A stretch of DNA of 64,000 nt, from NCBI GenBank assembly GCA_000182565.2, contig KQ257457.1; one strand, given 5' to 3'. Shown piece by piece: positions 37,878 through 52,401 of this stretch (position 1 is its first letter; each line of letters begins with the position of its first letter). Made by a program: the position numbers and the translations under genes. This stretch comes from Spizellomyces punctatus DAOM BR117. Taxonomy: Eukaryota. A model generated the notes under the pieces. The model made no database searches. It saw nothing but the letters and a program-made list of their open reading frames with translations, and was not told the origin of the DNA.

Positions 37878-39352
37878 CTAGTCCTTTTTCACTCCTGAAG
37901 GTACGTTGATATTGATAGAGACCGCATCCACGAACGTGTCGGTGGATCCAACGACGTCCGCACCAGCGGAGCGAACCATAGTACGAAGATCTGCATACTC
38001 GCCCTCGGCGAACGGTGCTCCCCAGGTGGTAGGGTCCAGTTTGCTGGGACGTATCATGACACGGACGAGCTCCTCGCGAGTGGTGTGGCAGAACTCTTCG
38101 ACCCGAAGGTCGTTTTCATCTGAAAGGTTTTACAATATATATGAGCATCGGACGACAAAAATGAGCGCGTCAGTAATACCAACCGTATCCGAACGGGTTC
38201 TCAATTTCTCCACCAATACTCTCGATACCCAATAGCGTGAAGGCAGCGATGAATATGATTGGGATTGTTCCCCAATACACCGTGCTCACCAGTTGGAATG
38301 GTAACGAAAGGATATAAAGCGTAAGAGTTTGCTGCAGATGGATCGAATACGCCAAAGGAATCGGAGTGTTGCGAATACGTTCAAATGATGTGAGACAATC
38401 CACCATTGCCGACAGGGCGTTTGTCATGGCAGTCTGCTGCGACACGTCAATGAGCTCTATATGGACAATGTTTCAGTCAATTGGTAGATCTGCCAATGTG
38501 TGGGGCGAGAACAGTACATACCCAACTCTCGACATCTTCCAATGTAAGATGATATATGGAAGGAGATTTCCAATGGTAGGTTCTTGATCTCCGGGTGTTT
38601 GACACCAGGCACAAAATCCGGCAAGTGTATTAAAAGATGGTGTAGATCTGTGTATTTGTGGCCAAGCTCGTTCCGGAGGTAATGCTTCGTGGCCACGGCA
38701 AACGCAAGGAGAAGGTTCATGCAGCCCTTCTTTTCCAAGTTCTGGTGCTCGTCGCGCCCTTGCACACCAATCCAAACAAACCGTGCCAAATTACGGACTT
38801 GCGTGACAAGAGTTCCCCAGAGGCGACGTCCTTCCCAGTATCTGAAATGATGGAACAAATCAGTCAGCTGGAAACTAATATGGCAGCAGTAAACAATACT
38901 GACCTATCATATGCCGTGTTCGTTCTGAAAACCAAGAGCAACGAGATGACCACACCCAAAATCGTAATCAGCTGTGGCGGTATAACAAACCATTTCACAT
39001 TGGCGGTCATGTAGAGTGCTGTCCACAACGTTCCCCACAAAGTGTGAATGATCGCTGGCCAAAACACCCTGGGGATCACGGACGCCTTTATTCTAATAAG
39101 GTCCCCGTATGCATGCTTTGCTTCGTTTCTAATCTTGTGCGCCCGAATTTTGCGTTCGACCAGCTCGGCCTTGCTAAGCTCGCCAGAGATACGAGGAAAC
39201 CCATGAGAAGGCCGACGTAAATGCCGAGGAGACGGAGGCGGTTGGGCTCCACGCTCCTGTGAGACGTCGTTGCCTCCTTGAATGAGTACGTGCTGAGACG
39301 TGGCGGGAGTCACAATGGTAGGGGCATCGGCCCCGCCGTCTCCAAAGTCCAT
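37878..39352 (-). CDS. Bestrophin-family (RFP-TM / UPF0187-type) anion channel
   Basis: LLLVFRTNTAYDR|YWEGRRLWG, FERIRNTPIPLAY and GIESIGGEIENPFG, with three introns. Confidence 0.92.
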
Positions 39353-41327
39353 TCTTGCTAAAATCTTTGAAAACGATATGAATTCTACTAGCTTGGAAAG
39401 GCCTACCAACGACGTTTCCTTCTCACCTGCACTCAGCACAATTCGCCTAAAACGCCGTGTTAACGTTTTCAGGAACACTTTTGCAGAGTTCACGCAAGAT
39501 GGAGGTGAAAGAAGGAACAAACCTTCTTTTCCAAAACAACGACGACGAGGAAGAGCGCTGCGGATGAGATCCATTCAGCCGGGTGTAGTCACTGTGCCAC
39601 CGGTCTGACGGCCAGCCAAGGGTTGAAGGCCGAAACCCATCTCCCCTGGGATGCTTTGTTGACCTTCCTTGTTTTTCAATACATTTTTATTAGTGTTTTC
39701 TTTTTTTTTTTTTTCTTCCAAAAGTAGGGTATGCAGGATATGATCCAACACGATTTGACATATGCGGAAAGATATCAGGACGGATGGTCGGGAGCGTCAG
39801 TCGGACGGCAGGGGCGACGCTCCGCCATGTATCCCGCCCGTCCCGCCCTGCCAAGTGATCCTGTGGTCTGCGGCGATCGCATGTATCTGCATTTGAACGC
39901 CCGCGCATGTCGTTTGCCAAACTCCAGCGCACCGGCCCTATCACAAAAATAATGTGCATGTCTTGTTTATAGCTTAACGTGGATGCAACAACTTCTGCAT
40001 GATTACCAGTATTGGCTATTTGCATACCGAATAATGGCGAGAAGCGGTCCATCTGGTCAATAAACCAGCTACTAGGCTATTACATAACACATGCCAAAGT
40101 GTTCATCTATCATCACACTCTCCTTAGTAAGACTTTATCAGCAGCAGTTTGTGACAAACTTGATTTGGGGGGTATGCAGTTGAGAATACCTTGCAAGCGA
40201 ATCTCTGCCACACCTGACAGACAAACGCATTGCAGTATCCAGCGGCGCCTTTCAGCCGTGCCATAATACCGTATGACAATTAGGACCATATACCCCACTG
40301 TACTTGCCGCTCATATCACAGTGCGCAGGTTCCTTCTGGGAGTCCCTTCGTATTCACTTCAATTGATGAGATTCAATTAAAGTATTTTTTGACATGGTAC
40401 CGTAGATACACCATGTTCTTCTGGATTTTCTGCATGGACAAACGATTGGATGTGGGTTGCATTCGCCAATAATATTCATTTCATTCGTTGAAACCAATGA
40501 CGTTTTTGATTGTCGATCGCTCCCTGTGCTTTGGGGTGCATGCATTGAATTCAACAGTTTAGGTGCAGTATTGTGTGACGCCGACGCTTATCAAATAAAT
40601 GACATAGTGGTCATTCATCAACTCCGACACAACCTACAACGACAGGTGCAGGCAGACAGTTGACTGGTAAGCACCCTAGCATCCGTACTGGTTCAACAGC
40701 TGGGCGGGAAGAGGAGAATCCAGGATCCATAGCCATAATTATGTCGATACATGGGCAGGAGGATCGAGAAATCCCATAACCGCGTCACGCCCGTCTAGGA
40801 ACAAAGCCGGCCAGCCCGCCAAAAGAAGCTTCTCATCTTTATGAACGGGTTTTTAAGGCTCACGCCACGCCCGATATCAAAGAAATGAAAAATGTCTCCG
40901 AAGCTCCGATATTCTAGCAGTTTATAAAAGATGGCTAGAAAGCACGCAAAGTGCAGTACGCCCGCTCACAGATTGTTAATTATTTTCATTGAATTCGGTG
41001 GGGAAACAGGCTCCTTTGTTTTTCTTCCCCCCTCATAGTCCCCGTCCATGATTTGACAATAGAACAATAACGGTTTTGCATCATGTGGCTTTCGGTGGTG
41101 ACAGTCGTGGCTCCTGAGGATCCGTCTAATATGTCTACGGAAACGGACCAAGTTCGTGATGGTCCAATCTTTTTTATTCCGTAGAGGGATGGTACTTTCA
41201 CTGACACCTCTTTCGTCTTGGATTTCCTTCGTCTGTCCACCAAATTTCACTGCAACCTTGAATTTACAGTATTACGTAATCTGTTTCCGACGCAGTTGAC
41301 CAGCCCGAACAGATCACCGTTATTACC

Positions 41328-44300
41328 ATGGCCATTGATTCCCCCGCAATGTTACCCGCGCCAGCATCCCATTGCAGGTTCATTATTCTTCTCTTTCTCT
41401 TATTGTATAATATCCGGGTGGATGCTCAACCCTGGCCCGTAACATACATCTCCGCAACTACTGGACAAGACACAGTTGGATGCGGTGCAGCGGTGGATAC
41501 GGCTTGCAAGGGCTTGCAGGCGGGAATCAACTCGACCGCGGAGGGGGGTCTCATGTGGGTTCAACCTGGGATATACCAAGGACCGGGGAATGTGGACTTG
41601 AAATTGGCCGGTAAAGCGATAAGGTGAGTTGCACAGATTTTTGAACCTTCTGAGAATGGAACCTCACTAATTTCATGCCGATCGTTCCAGGATGCAAAGT
41701 ACCCATGGCGCCCAATCCACGATCATTGATGGCGGCAAGGCAAACAGAATCCTTTCCTTTAATACGGGGGACGGCAATGATGCTTTCATATCCGGATTCA
41801 CCTTTCGGAACGGGGCCGCGTCATGGGGCGGGTGCATTGGTATCGGAGGTAGTGCAGCACCAGTGAGTAATCATGTGATTTTTCAGCTCTTGCCTGTCGC
41901 TTCGCGGGTAACTCAACTTCTGCCGCAGATAATTGAGGATTCTATCTTTACGAATTGTCAAACGTCTGCACAAACCGCCGGATCGTTGGGACAGGAGCAG
42001 GTAGGGCAGCAGACGCGCATATTATTCTCCAATCGTTTACGATTATGTCTTAACAGATTCCTCCATCCCGTAGAGTGGCGCTGGGGGAGCGGTCTACGTC
42101 GGCGGAAATTCCTCTCCCACCTTTCGTCGCTGCAACTTTACTTTCAATTGGGCTGAATTGGGGGGTGAGCAAATGTCTTCCTTCCCTGGTCGAATAAATC
42201 ATCTAATAGGTTACAACTACAGGCGGATCGGCATGGCTGACCGATAATTCAAATGCAACATTCCTGCATTGCCATTTTGAGAACGAATCTGCACGGCTGT
42301 ACGGTGGATCAGCTGTTCTCGAGGGTGCCAGCGGTGGAGTGTTTGAACGATGCGTATGGAGGAATAATTGGTCGCAGTATGGTGGCGCCTTGGACTCTGG
42401 GGGAACGTAAGTCGCGTGTGAAGATTGACCGTTTGATGCATTGTTTATATTTACTTGCCTTTGATACGTTGGTGACTCTCAGGAGTAGTACGAAACTCGT
42501 GAACTCTCTCATTGTTAATAGTTCGGCTGAAATTGGTGGTGCAGTGTACCATTACACAAACAGCGTCAACGAATTCATAGGATGCACCTTTATCGATAAC
42601 AAAGCTACTGGCAACGGAGGTACCCATTATTCGTACATTGGCTTCCTGCTACATCTGAGAGTATTAACTCAAATCTCCCCCCATAATTAGGGGCAGTCAT
42701 TGTGACAGCCAAGTCACAGCCCATATACAAGTCCTGCACCTTTATAAAAAATAAAGCTGGGGGAGTTGGCGGAGTGTTTCATACAGAGATATTTGGGAAG
42801 CTGATCATCGACAATTGTACGATGGTACAAAACTCTGCAACCGCCGGCGGCGGTGCCATAGCAGGGAGATTGAATGCAGAAGTTACCATGAGCGATTGTA
42901 CCTTCAAAAACAATTTTTCGGGGAGTCATTCAGGTATGTTATTTATTGCAACTCGTGGTTGAGCTCTGAACACGACCTAACGGAATAGCGCAATAGGCGG
43001 CCTGGAAATAGCCGATTCAGTCATGGTCACAGACAGGAACTCCTCATTCATTGGCAACACCTGCGACACCGATTCTGGGGCCGCTCTTGTCCGTGTCAAC
43101 GCATCCTTCTCAGCCCACCAAACCCGTTTTCTCAACAATACCGCATCATCGACTGGCGGAGCCCTACGAGTCTCGGATTCTGGAAGGCTGAGTTTGACAA
43201 ATGTGCTCGTGATTGGTAATAGAGCTAATAGGACTGGAGGTATGTCATCTACCTGTTCTCCTCATACGGAACTGGTATTGTATTTACACTTATACTTTGA
43301 CACTAGGGGGGCTATATGTGAGTACATATGGAAGTGTAATGGTGGCCGACTCGGTGATTGCAAATAATTCAGCGGAGGAGCATGGAGGAGGTAATGATTT
43401 TGATTACGATCGAATTGTGTTTAAATGTTGACTCTTTTTCCGAAGGCATCTTTCTCAACACGCCTTACTCAGCCAGTAATTCCGTCTCTAGCAAAGGCTA
43501 CGTGACGCTAGTCAATACCAACGTCACCTACAATGTAGCCGAATACGGTGGAGGCGTTGCTGTAGATTCCTCCTTGCCGATCTTCCTTCAATCATCCCAC
43601 TTACTCTACAATCGTGCGCATTTCGGCGGTGGAATGTGGTTACGATCCGCTGGGAGTACCATGGATCCATCAAGCTCGATTGTTGGCAACACTGCGGAAC
43701 GTTTAGATGTGGACGTTCTTCCGTCAAGTTCTCAGTTTGGAAATATGGATGACGCCTCAGCACAAAGCAATAAGAGTCTACCCGATGGATTATATGATGA
43801 TTCGGAACCAAGCAACTTTCGCGGTGGAGGTGGGGGTGGAATTTTCCATGATGGGCCAGGGTCCCTTTTCTCGTGCCTTTCCTACTGCGACATCAGAAAC
43901 AATACTGCATCGTACGGCGCCAACCATGGTGGTTCACCTCGCATCCTACAACCTGATCCGCCGTTCTTTTTTGCGTCCCCAAAAGATACATTCTCCATCA
44001 GTGTCTCTGTTCTTGACGCTTTCAACAACACCGTCGATGATACTTCTGATCAAATGGTCGTCACGCTCTATCCGCGATCTCAGCAGGGTGCACCATTAGA
44101 ATTGATTGGGCAAGGGCTCAAGAAACGCGTGGTCGAGAATGGGGTTGTGCGATTTGGACCGTTGAGTGTGATTGGGTACTTGAACAGAAGCTACAAATTA
44201 GGACTGTGGAGCGATGGGCTACCCGGGGCAGACGTTGAACTCCAGATTGTTAGTTGTGGTCCTGGTGAGTCGTCATTTGTTTATTTTATGAAGCGTTCGA

Positions 44301-46572
44301 ACATTGCTCAGTATGCTTTTCTTATGTACGCAGGATATCAAAACAGTGCAGACCCGTATACAACTCCCTACACATGCCATATGTGCGTCAACTCCTTTTC
44401 TCGCATCCCCGACTCGGATTGCCTACCTTGTCCAGCGGGTGCAACCTGTCAAGGTCCCAATGTAACAGGTACTTGCTACAATAATTTCCAGAAATGATGG
44501 ACACTAACATGCTCACTACGTAATGAAGCGGAACCTGGTTTCTGGATAGATCCTACTACACCTGCAGATGCGATTCCAAACGTGTGGCGATGTCCGCCTG
44601 GCCAATGCCTTGGTGACTCTAGATGCGCAGAGCACAGAACAGGGATACTGTGTGCAGAGTGTGAAGAGAATTATAGGTATATTTCGATTGTTGTTACTCT
44701 ATTTAGAGTATGGATTATGTTCGTAGCTGACATTTCTGGTTCCAGCGATTGGCGAGGCAGTGGCATCTGCGAAAGATGCGACCGAGATGCCCCAGAGTGG
44801 CTCCTGATTCCTATCATCGCCGCGTTCATCATCAGTGGGATTCTTCTCCGCTTTCCCTCCCTATGCAAATCGAGTATATCAGCGACTCTCGTCTTCTTTG
44901 TCCAGTACTCATCCATTCTCCTCCCTGCATCCCCTGGATTTGAAATCATCACCCAATCCCTCAACCTTGCCTTCGACTGGATCAACAAGCTTAGTGGTAC
45001 CAGCTGTATTTTACGGTTGAGCAACTTTGGGCGGATCCTTTTTGGAGGTTTCTTCCCATTAACGGGCCTAATGAGCTGTCTGGTGTGGGGGGTATTTATC
45101 AAGTTGTGGTATTGCTTGAGAGGCTGGAGGAAGAGTCGAAGTGCACGGTCTGCGGAGGCAGGGATGCCGGATGGGGAGGAGCCACGAAAGGAAGGAGCTG
45201 TTCCGAAAGAAGTAGTAATTGCATGGATCAATGCTTTTTTGTTCATTGTTTTATGGGCTTACCTGTTGATCTCGAGGTATTTCTTCACAACCATGTGATT
45301 GTAAGGTTATTCATTGCATTAACCAGCTCATTCCCATGTAGAGTCGTGTTGCGTCTACTCTCCTGTGCGACCATCGCCGGCCGGTACGTTGTCTCTGAGG
45401 CGCCCGATCAACTCTGCCAACAAGGCGCACATGCAACATGGTGGGCCATAGGATGGACGCTCGTCGTGATGTGGGTAATTGGTCTCCCTGTGGCTCTGGT
45501 CGGATTTCTGAAATGGGCACTTGTGGCTCGTGCGAGAGGCGGATCTCGGTTCTGGGTTGAGGCTCTTGAGCAAATTTATGCAGATTTTAAACCAAGATTT
45601 TGGTTTTTTGAGTTTGTGTTTTTGGTGAGGAAGCTGGTCGTTGTGTTGTTGGATGTGTTTACCCTATTTGATCCTGTGAGTGATTGCAAATGATTTTGTT
45701 CGTCATGAGTCGAATACTTATTGCTCATTGACCGTTACAAAACGAAACAGGTTGCCAAATCCCTCGCGGCGCTCATGTTTGCCTTTGCCAACATCCTCAT
45801 CCTAACCTTCCTCATCCGCCCCTGGCGCCGGACGCGGGACAATCGTGTTGAAGAGCTGCTGCTTCTAATCCTCCTCCTTGAAGCCGGTCTCTCTCTTGGC
45901 GAAAGCAGCGCCAATACCACTGCATCTGCATCCGCGGCAACGCATCCCGGAGATCTCATTCAACGACTCCAGCTCGCTGGGCTTTGCCTGGGGATCATAG
46001 CTGCCCTTTTGATCGCTGTACCTGGCGTTAGAAGATTTCTTGGTCAATTGCGGTTTAAAATTTTGGGGCCGTTGGATGAACCCAGGGCTAAAAGCCGCGA
46101 CAAAAGACCGAGAGTTTTGGCGGCATCTTCGATGACCATACATGGATCACCCTCCCTTCGTCCTGACGAAGAGAACGAGGCGTCAAATCCATCACATAAC
46201 ACCGACTCCATATTGTCATCTGGCGACGAGCAAGAGGACCCAGAGTCACCGCCTTCCGACCTGTTTCCAAATTCCCGATCAACCCTCCGGCCCCTCAAGG
46301 ATCCAGATGTCGAACAAGGACAATTGACACTGCCCTCGGCACCAACTTTACTGATACCGCCACTACAATCAGCCTCTCGCCGTGGTTCAAAATCCAGCAA
46401 TACCTCCGTCATGTCCACGATGCACGCCACGCAAAAATGGGTAGAGGAGAAATCAATGAGCACAGGGTTATTGTCCAATGCCCATATCGCTGCTGCGTCG
46501 CTCGAATTGAGGAGACCGGGCGATTTTGATGGAATGGGTGGGAATGGAGATTTGGGAGATGGTTTGCCCTAA
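41328..46572 (+). CDS. Large membrane protein: pectin-lyase/Pmp-like beta-helix repeats, Cys-rich stalk, multi-TM C-terminus
   Basis: Signal peptide, then YIS..G.D..GCG....C..L..G and PGIYQGPGN. Many FxxN..GGA(I/V/L) repeats follow, then CLPCPAGATC and CAEHRTGILCAECEENY, about 7 hydrophobic segments and FWFFEFVFLVRKL. More than 10 introns. Confidence 0.8.
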
Positions 46573-46815
46573 CAACCCTTGTTTGTGAGTAAGTAATGTT
46601 CGAGTGTGTGTTTTACATGTAGATATAAAAGAGGCGCAAAGACGCTGTTTATCTTTCTGTGCCTGTGCATAATAGTAATAGTAGAGTATGTTCTGAAGAC
46701 AAACAAAAACTAGTTTCATGAACCTTGTGCATTTCCTCCCAGCCTACCTAATGTACAATACTATGCTGCCCTCACCAACTATCGCACTTTCATATTAGAG
46801 AAAATACTTTAAAAT

Positions 46816-49668
46816 CTATCGAATTGACCCTCCTGCCGAGGTCCGGCTCCATTTGCCCTTCTTCAATCTGTCTGCCACAACCTCCTGTAGCCTCCTTACG
46901 GCTGCGGGGAGCGTCTTAGACGCAACATAGCGGACCACAGCGTCCGCTGACTGCCCAGATGAAGCAGGTGAGGAAAGTAGGTGGGTTAGAATGCATTTTG
47001 ATGCATGCGTCGGATGGGGTTCTGTAGCAAAACAACCATAAATGTGAGCCAAGTGGTACCAACAACCCAACCCTCTAATACGTACCGCAGACGATCCCCG
47101 ACAGGTCACCTTCTCCATTTTCATCCTTCGCAACCCGCCATAAAAGGCCCACAAGGCCTCCCTTTCTTTCCATTCTTCTTGAATGGGATAGGACAACACT
47201 TTCAAGCTCCTGGCCCGGGTTTCCTTCTCCTTCCGCAAACACCGCATGGTGGATCGACGTATGGTCGTCGATATACTCGATGCAACGAGAGGACTTACAC
47301 GAAGGGTCCCAAGAGGGACGCGTTGGGAGGGACGTCAAAGTTTCGAACTGGGAGTGCAAAAGTCAACGATAGATCAAAGAATCATGATATACGAAGGGGT
47401 AAAACTAACCACGGCCTCTAAGGGCCCAGTCATCTCTGCAACAACTTTGAATTTGAAGGCGCTATCGGAAGTATTGATATAAACCGACGCATGACCATCC
47501 TTTGACACTTGTTCCCATCTACTTTCATCCTCCATGTGTTCAAAGACGTCTGCCAACATTGCATCAATGTCCTCCGCATATCGATGCGCAGTGCTTTTCT
47601 CATCCACTTTAATATCTTTCAAGATGGCATTATCCGTTGTACTATCCTCTGCTGTTTGCAGAGCAGCAGAAACTAGTGGTGAGACCATACTCTCAAATGC
47701 GGGTGTTAATGGGAGAGAGATACGTGGGGCAGGGCTCCACCGCTTCTTTGTGGCAGAAGCCCCAATGGTCAATTCAGGGTTCTGAGTGCTGGACTCCTCC
47801 TCATCGTCCTGATAAGATTCAATGACGGATACAGCGTCATCCGCTTGCTCTTCCATCTTTTCCAGCTCCTCCACAAGCCGTTTTACAGCTCGTGGTGCAA
47901 TCATTGTAGTCATAAACTCGGAAACGGATGTTGCCAGATTGACATGGTAATTCACGTCGTGGATGTGCGTTAGGCGACAACGTGGTTGATCATCTGAATT
48001 GCCAACAGATTCTGATATGCAAGATACGATCCGTTACATTTCGCTCAACGTACGATAGAAAACAAAATCCTTCTCGAATTCCGTACCTATAATCGTTCCA
48101 CAAATATTCACATCCGATATGATCCCTTTGACACCGTCCGCCTGTATGGTCTCCCAATCCCATTGGACCGACCTCTGCACAATTACAGCTCGTCCATCGC
48201 CCAATCGCTGTGCATGGTACAGCACAACCATGTCACGAGGGACGGCAGGGAAAACGCCCTTGGTGCGATAATATTGGATACGTGAGACTTCCCTGTGGGT
48301 AGTGGTGAATATGCGGAGCGTTTGAGCTTTTTGGGTCATGTCATCCCATTTTTGTCGCGACTGAGATCTTGTTAATTCAAGACAGAAAAAAGATAGCGAG
48401 TAACTGATTGGTACTTACTGCTGGATCCATGAGGAACTGGAAAGCTGTTTCAAGTGAAGCTTTTACCTCCACATCAAACTAAATAGTATATTCGATTAAT
48501 AGTCTGAACACGTATAGTAATATAAGCGAAAGCGCTTACCCTCCAAGCCTCTGGGATACTCTTATGCTGCATCAATTGATACCCGGTTGAGGTACCTGCT
48601 TCTCTTCTCTCATTCCATTGCACCTTGTCATTAACAAGATGCAATGTGGTTTTGATCATCATCTCAATATCTCTCTCATAGTGGAGGGGAAGTCCGGATG
48701 TTGATAAAGACGACGCATCCGAGATGACGCGAGAAGTCTCTGTTTGGCTTGGCGACTCGGAAAATGGTCGGCTACTAGGGGAAAGGGTTGCAGAACGCGG
48801 GGTGGCTGGCGGGGTAATTACGGGTGACTTTCCGGGAAGTACAAGAGGTGGAGGAATGGGTCTTGGGGTAGGCGTCGCGTTGATGGGCATGGGCGCCGCC
48901 TCTGGAGCTTGGGAATTCCCAGTTTCAACAATGGGGACCTCTGCGACCGGCGCGACTGAGGATGACACAGCTTTGACGCCCTCCCTCATAGTAGGGACGG
49001 TCACGGGTGGGACTGATTCTGCAGTCGAGGATGATTGCACACTGCTGGCCGATATCGATGGAGCATTCCGTTGCTTCGACGTCCGTTCTCCGGCCCTTCT
49101 CCGAACCGCGTCGTTCACATCCATCACGGACGGTGGCACCACCATGTCCTCCAAGGGATCCACTGGAAACTCGCCAAAATGCTTGGGACTCGCCAGCATT
49201 CCTCTCACCTCGGCCGACGGCGCCGAGATTGTCCGCTCACCTGGGAGGACCTTCCAAAACACTCCCCCGTTTCCAGCTACAATTGTGTTCGCTCGTCCTC
49301 GTTTAGCTAATAACTCGATATTGGCCGATGAGGTGGGGCCCGGTTTGGATTCGGATGTCGGTGCGATAATGAGGTACAAGATGCTAACGCACATCAGTTG
49401 GTATATGGTGCGTTGAAAAGAGGAGACCTCCGAATGTGCTAGTGCTGTTGGATAAAGTAATAGTATCGATGAGCAAGAGAGCGACGCTATCTTAAAGGAA
49501 CATCCAAAGCGTACCTTGATCAACAAACACAAGTACTGGAGCGATCATGGCGAACTTGAGCAAGAGAGCCTTATTCGCTTCGGACATTGGAGGAGAATCA
49601 ACATGTTTCGTTTGTTCGACTACGGTCCGGGTTTGGGCTTTCTTGTTTTTCTTTGAAAATCCGACCAT
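46816..49668 (-). CDS. Membrane-anchored protein with two START-like lipid-binding domains
   Basis: N-terminal hydrophobic segments and a Pro/Ser linker. Domain 1: RQKWDDM..IQYYRTKGVFPAVPRDMV. Domain 2: RPSWDP..IHHAVF..PGQE..V..DP.G..P. Confidence 0.7.
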
Positions 49669-50402
49669 GGTTGGCTGTGAGGCTCAAGCGTTCGATCGTA
49701 AAACAGGATAGGCTATGAGGTGCCACGGTAGCTAAAAGAATGAGGCTCTTGGGCAAACCCAAGATTATAAGAGCACCACCACCAGAAACAAGCTAGTTTT
49801 GAGCGATAATGTCCAAATGTATATCTCCTCCTCCGCCGTCAAAAAAAGAAAATAAACAAACGTTTTCTTCCTGCTCAGGACAGCGGCTCCAAAATGCAAA
49901 AAGCGCTGACAGCAGAAACGCTTTCGCCAAAACCATCGGCTCTGGCTAAAATTCGAAATCTAACTGATATGGCGGACATCATCGTCATTACCTCTAAAAA
50001 GGGTAAAAAAATGTCAAAAACAAAATAAAAAACATTTTTGAACACCTTTTTGGAACACTCAGCTCATTTACACGAATTAGGAAGGCTGGTTCCAGTTGGT
50101 TTATTCTTCCACATTGGAGTTATCTCGCTATGTCCCGCATAACAAGAACATTGTTTTGCTGGACCGCACCCGAACACTATCCGACATTCCGTCATTTTTG
50201 GCAGAACAATGGCTCCATAGCATACGATATTTCAACAGCCATGGGGTAGAACTCATTTCGTATATGTATAATATATATAGGACATGCGCAATACAAAATT
50301 ATTCACAAGCATTTCGCCACAGCGTCGCATTCAGCGGCCTCTGCCCAAACAACCAAAGCACCCACGTCTCTATTCCCCCAGCCTCTACCCTAAGCGCCAT
50401 AT

Positions 50403-50887
50403 TCATCGTCTCTTCAGTTTCAACTTTTGCCGGGCCATGCTCTTTGATCTGGCCTTCATCTTCTTCTTGTAAGCATTCCTGCTCATAAACAGTCGTTCTT
50501 TCTCTGCCTTTGTCATTGGTTTTGACTCTGTTTGGGTCTTCTCTTCACTATCTACATCCATAGTCGCCACAGTCTCCTCCGTTTCGCGTGTTCGTCCTCG
50601 TTCGTCTACCGTCTCGGCGACTTGGTGCGTTGGCTCCTGTGTTGCGAGTGCTTCAGTGGTGATAGAAGTGGCGGCCTCCGTTGCTGCTTTTTTCTGAACG
50701 AGACGCTCCAATCGGGCGGTTTCTGCGGGTCCAAATATCTAATAGCAAAAGTTGTCAACAATCGCCCAGGGATATTGAGCGACGTTCTTCTTGTTTGAAT
50801 GATGCTCTGGTGTAATATCCCACATACCGTCTCCCGCTTAATTGCCCTGTTGCGTCGCATCGACTTTGACCGTAGTCCCTTTGCCAT
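50403..50887 (-). CDS. Small basic DUF2423/LLPH-like nucleolar protein
   Basis: MAKGLRSKSMRRNRAIKRET|VFGPAETARLERL..., with a Lys/Arg-rich tail and one intron. Confidence 0.8.
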
Positions 50888-51408
50888 TTCGTGAGTTTGA
50901 AGTTTGAGCGGTAGAGGAAAGTGCCGTCAGCGGAGTTGCGCTCTGTTGAGACGACAAGGCGAAAAACAATTCGGAGAGGCGCAGCTTCATATGACCTTTA
51001 ATGGGTAGATGATGTGCCACGTGATGTCCCAGCTCTCGGCTCGAACGGATTTTGAATCCACAAAGTGCCTTACGCTCGGACTAAGGCCAAACTGCAGCAA
51101 CTCTGCAAGCTTGTTGGTGAACTCATATCCAACCAGTAATCCTTACAAAAAAGAAATCCAGAAAAAGCTAATATCAAGAGGGTTATTGTGGAGGTCCATG
51201 ACACCTCCAATTCGGTGTGGTTGGAATTGGTGCATCACGTCAGCACCCACGCGAACACATTTTATGATAAAACCACCATCAAGTCCAAAGGTTTCAGCCC
51301 AGCCAATTCATTTCCATCTCAGCTTTTGTGCTCTACACTACGACATTCTCTCACTGCATAACCGCACGCTGGCGTTCCTACGAAGATCAAACTCTACGTC
51401 GCATATCG

Positions 51409-52401
51409 ATGGAGATAGCACTGTAAGTCCCTCCCACTTTGACGGGAAAAACAACAAAACTTACATACTTTCCAGCTCTCGACCTCCAAGTAAGTAGTCA
51501 ACCCTCGGCAAGCAAGGCCAACGTCCTTCTCACGTCCAATTAGCGTAAACCGATCATCATGGAACAACAGCGAGCCACACACCAGAACCTTAGATCCGCG
51601 AGAACTGATGTACAGTTTTGCGAATAGGATCTTGCATTCAAGGTTTTGGAAAGCTTTCTACTTTCTGATGGCATTTCTGAGTGTGGTCCTGTTGGGTGTG
51701 GTATGTTACCTGATTCTAAGCGGTATCTATGCGGTTCTGATAACTGACGGCAGGCTGCTTATAGACACTGGTTGAGAAATGGTATGTCAAAGCCGCCATG
51801 ATAGGAACCCCGAAAACCAGGCAAACAAGCTGACCTGTACACTTTTCCCAGTCCGTCCTTTTGGTTTTACGTTCTCGAATACATTCTTAATATCTCCATG
51901 ATTCTTGAAGTATCTATCCGATTCGTGGCTCTCGGAAAGGTAAACCTTTCTTTACTGTCTGTTGAATGAGCATGCCTCTGACACACCACACTACACAGCT
52001 CTTTTGGACCTCCTACTGGAACTTGGCTGACCTCTTGATGATCCCCCTATGCCTCATAACACTCTTCCTCCAAAACTCTTCAGAATGTACATCAAGCACC
52101 CGACGAGAAGCTGAAATGGAAGAGATTTTGCTGATCGTTCGGAACGTGGTTCTCTTGGGACGGTTGATTGTTGTCGTCGAAAAGTGCGTCTGGCTCCCCT
52201 CTCATGACATCCTAGTTTTGTTTTACTTACTTATGTTGTGTCTTATCCAGGAACCGAAAGCAGATGTACACCAAATCTACACCAATAGACTTTACCACCC
52301 TTAACGGGAAGCCACTGGATCTTATGGGAGATGTATTGCCAGGTGGTCAGATATTACCGGCCTACCATCAGAGCTGGGAAGAAGAGGATGATTTTATATG
52401 A
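51409..52401 (+). CDS. Small ion-transport (voltage-sensor-like, 4-TM) domain protein
   Basis: ANRILHSRFWKAFYFLMAFLSVVLL, FYVLEYILNISMILEVSIRFVALGK, FWTSYWNLADL and EEILLIVRNVVLLGRL, ending EEEDDFI*. The start is uncertain (51409 or 51608). Confidence 0.7.
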
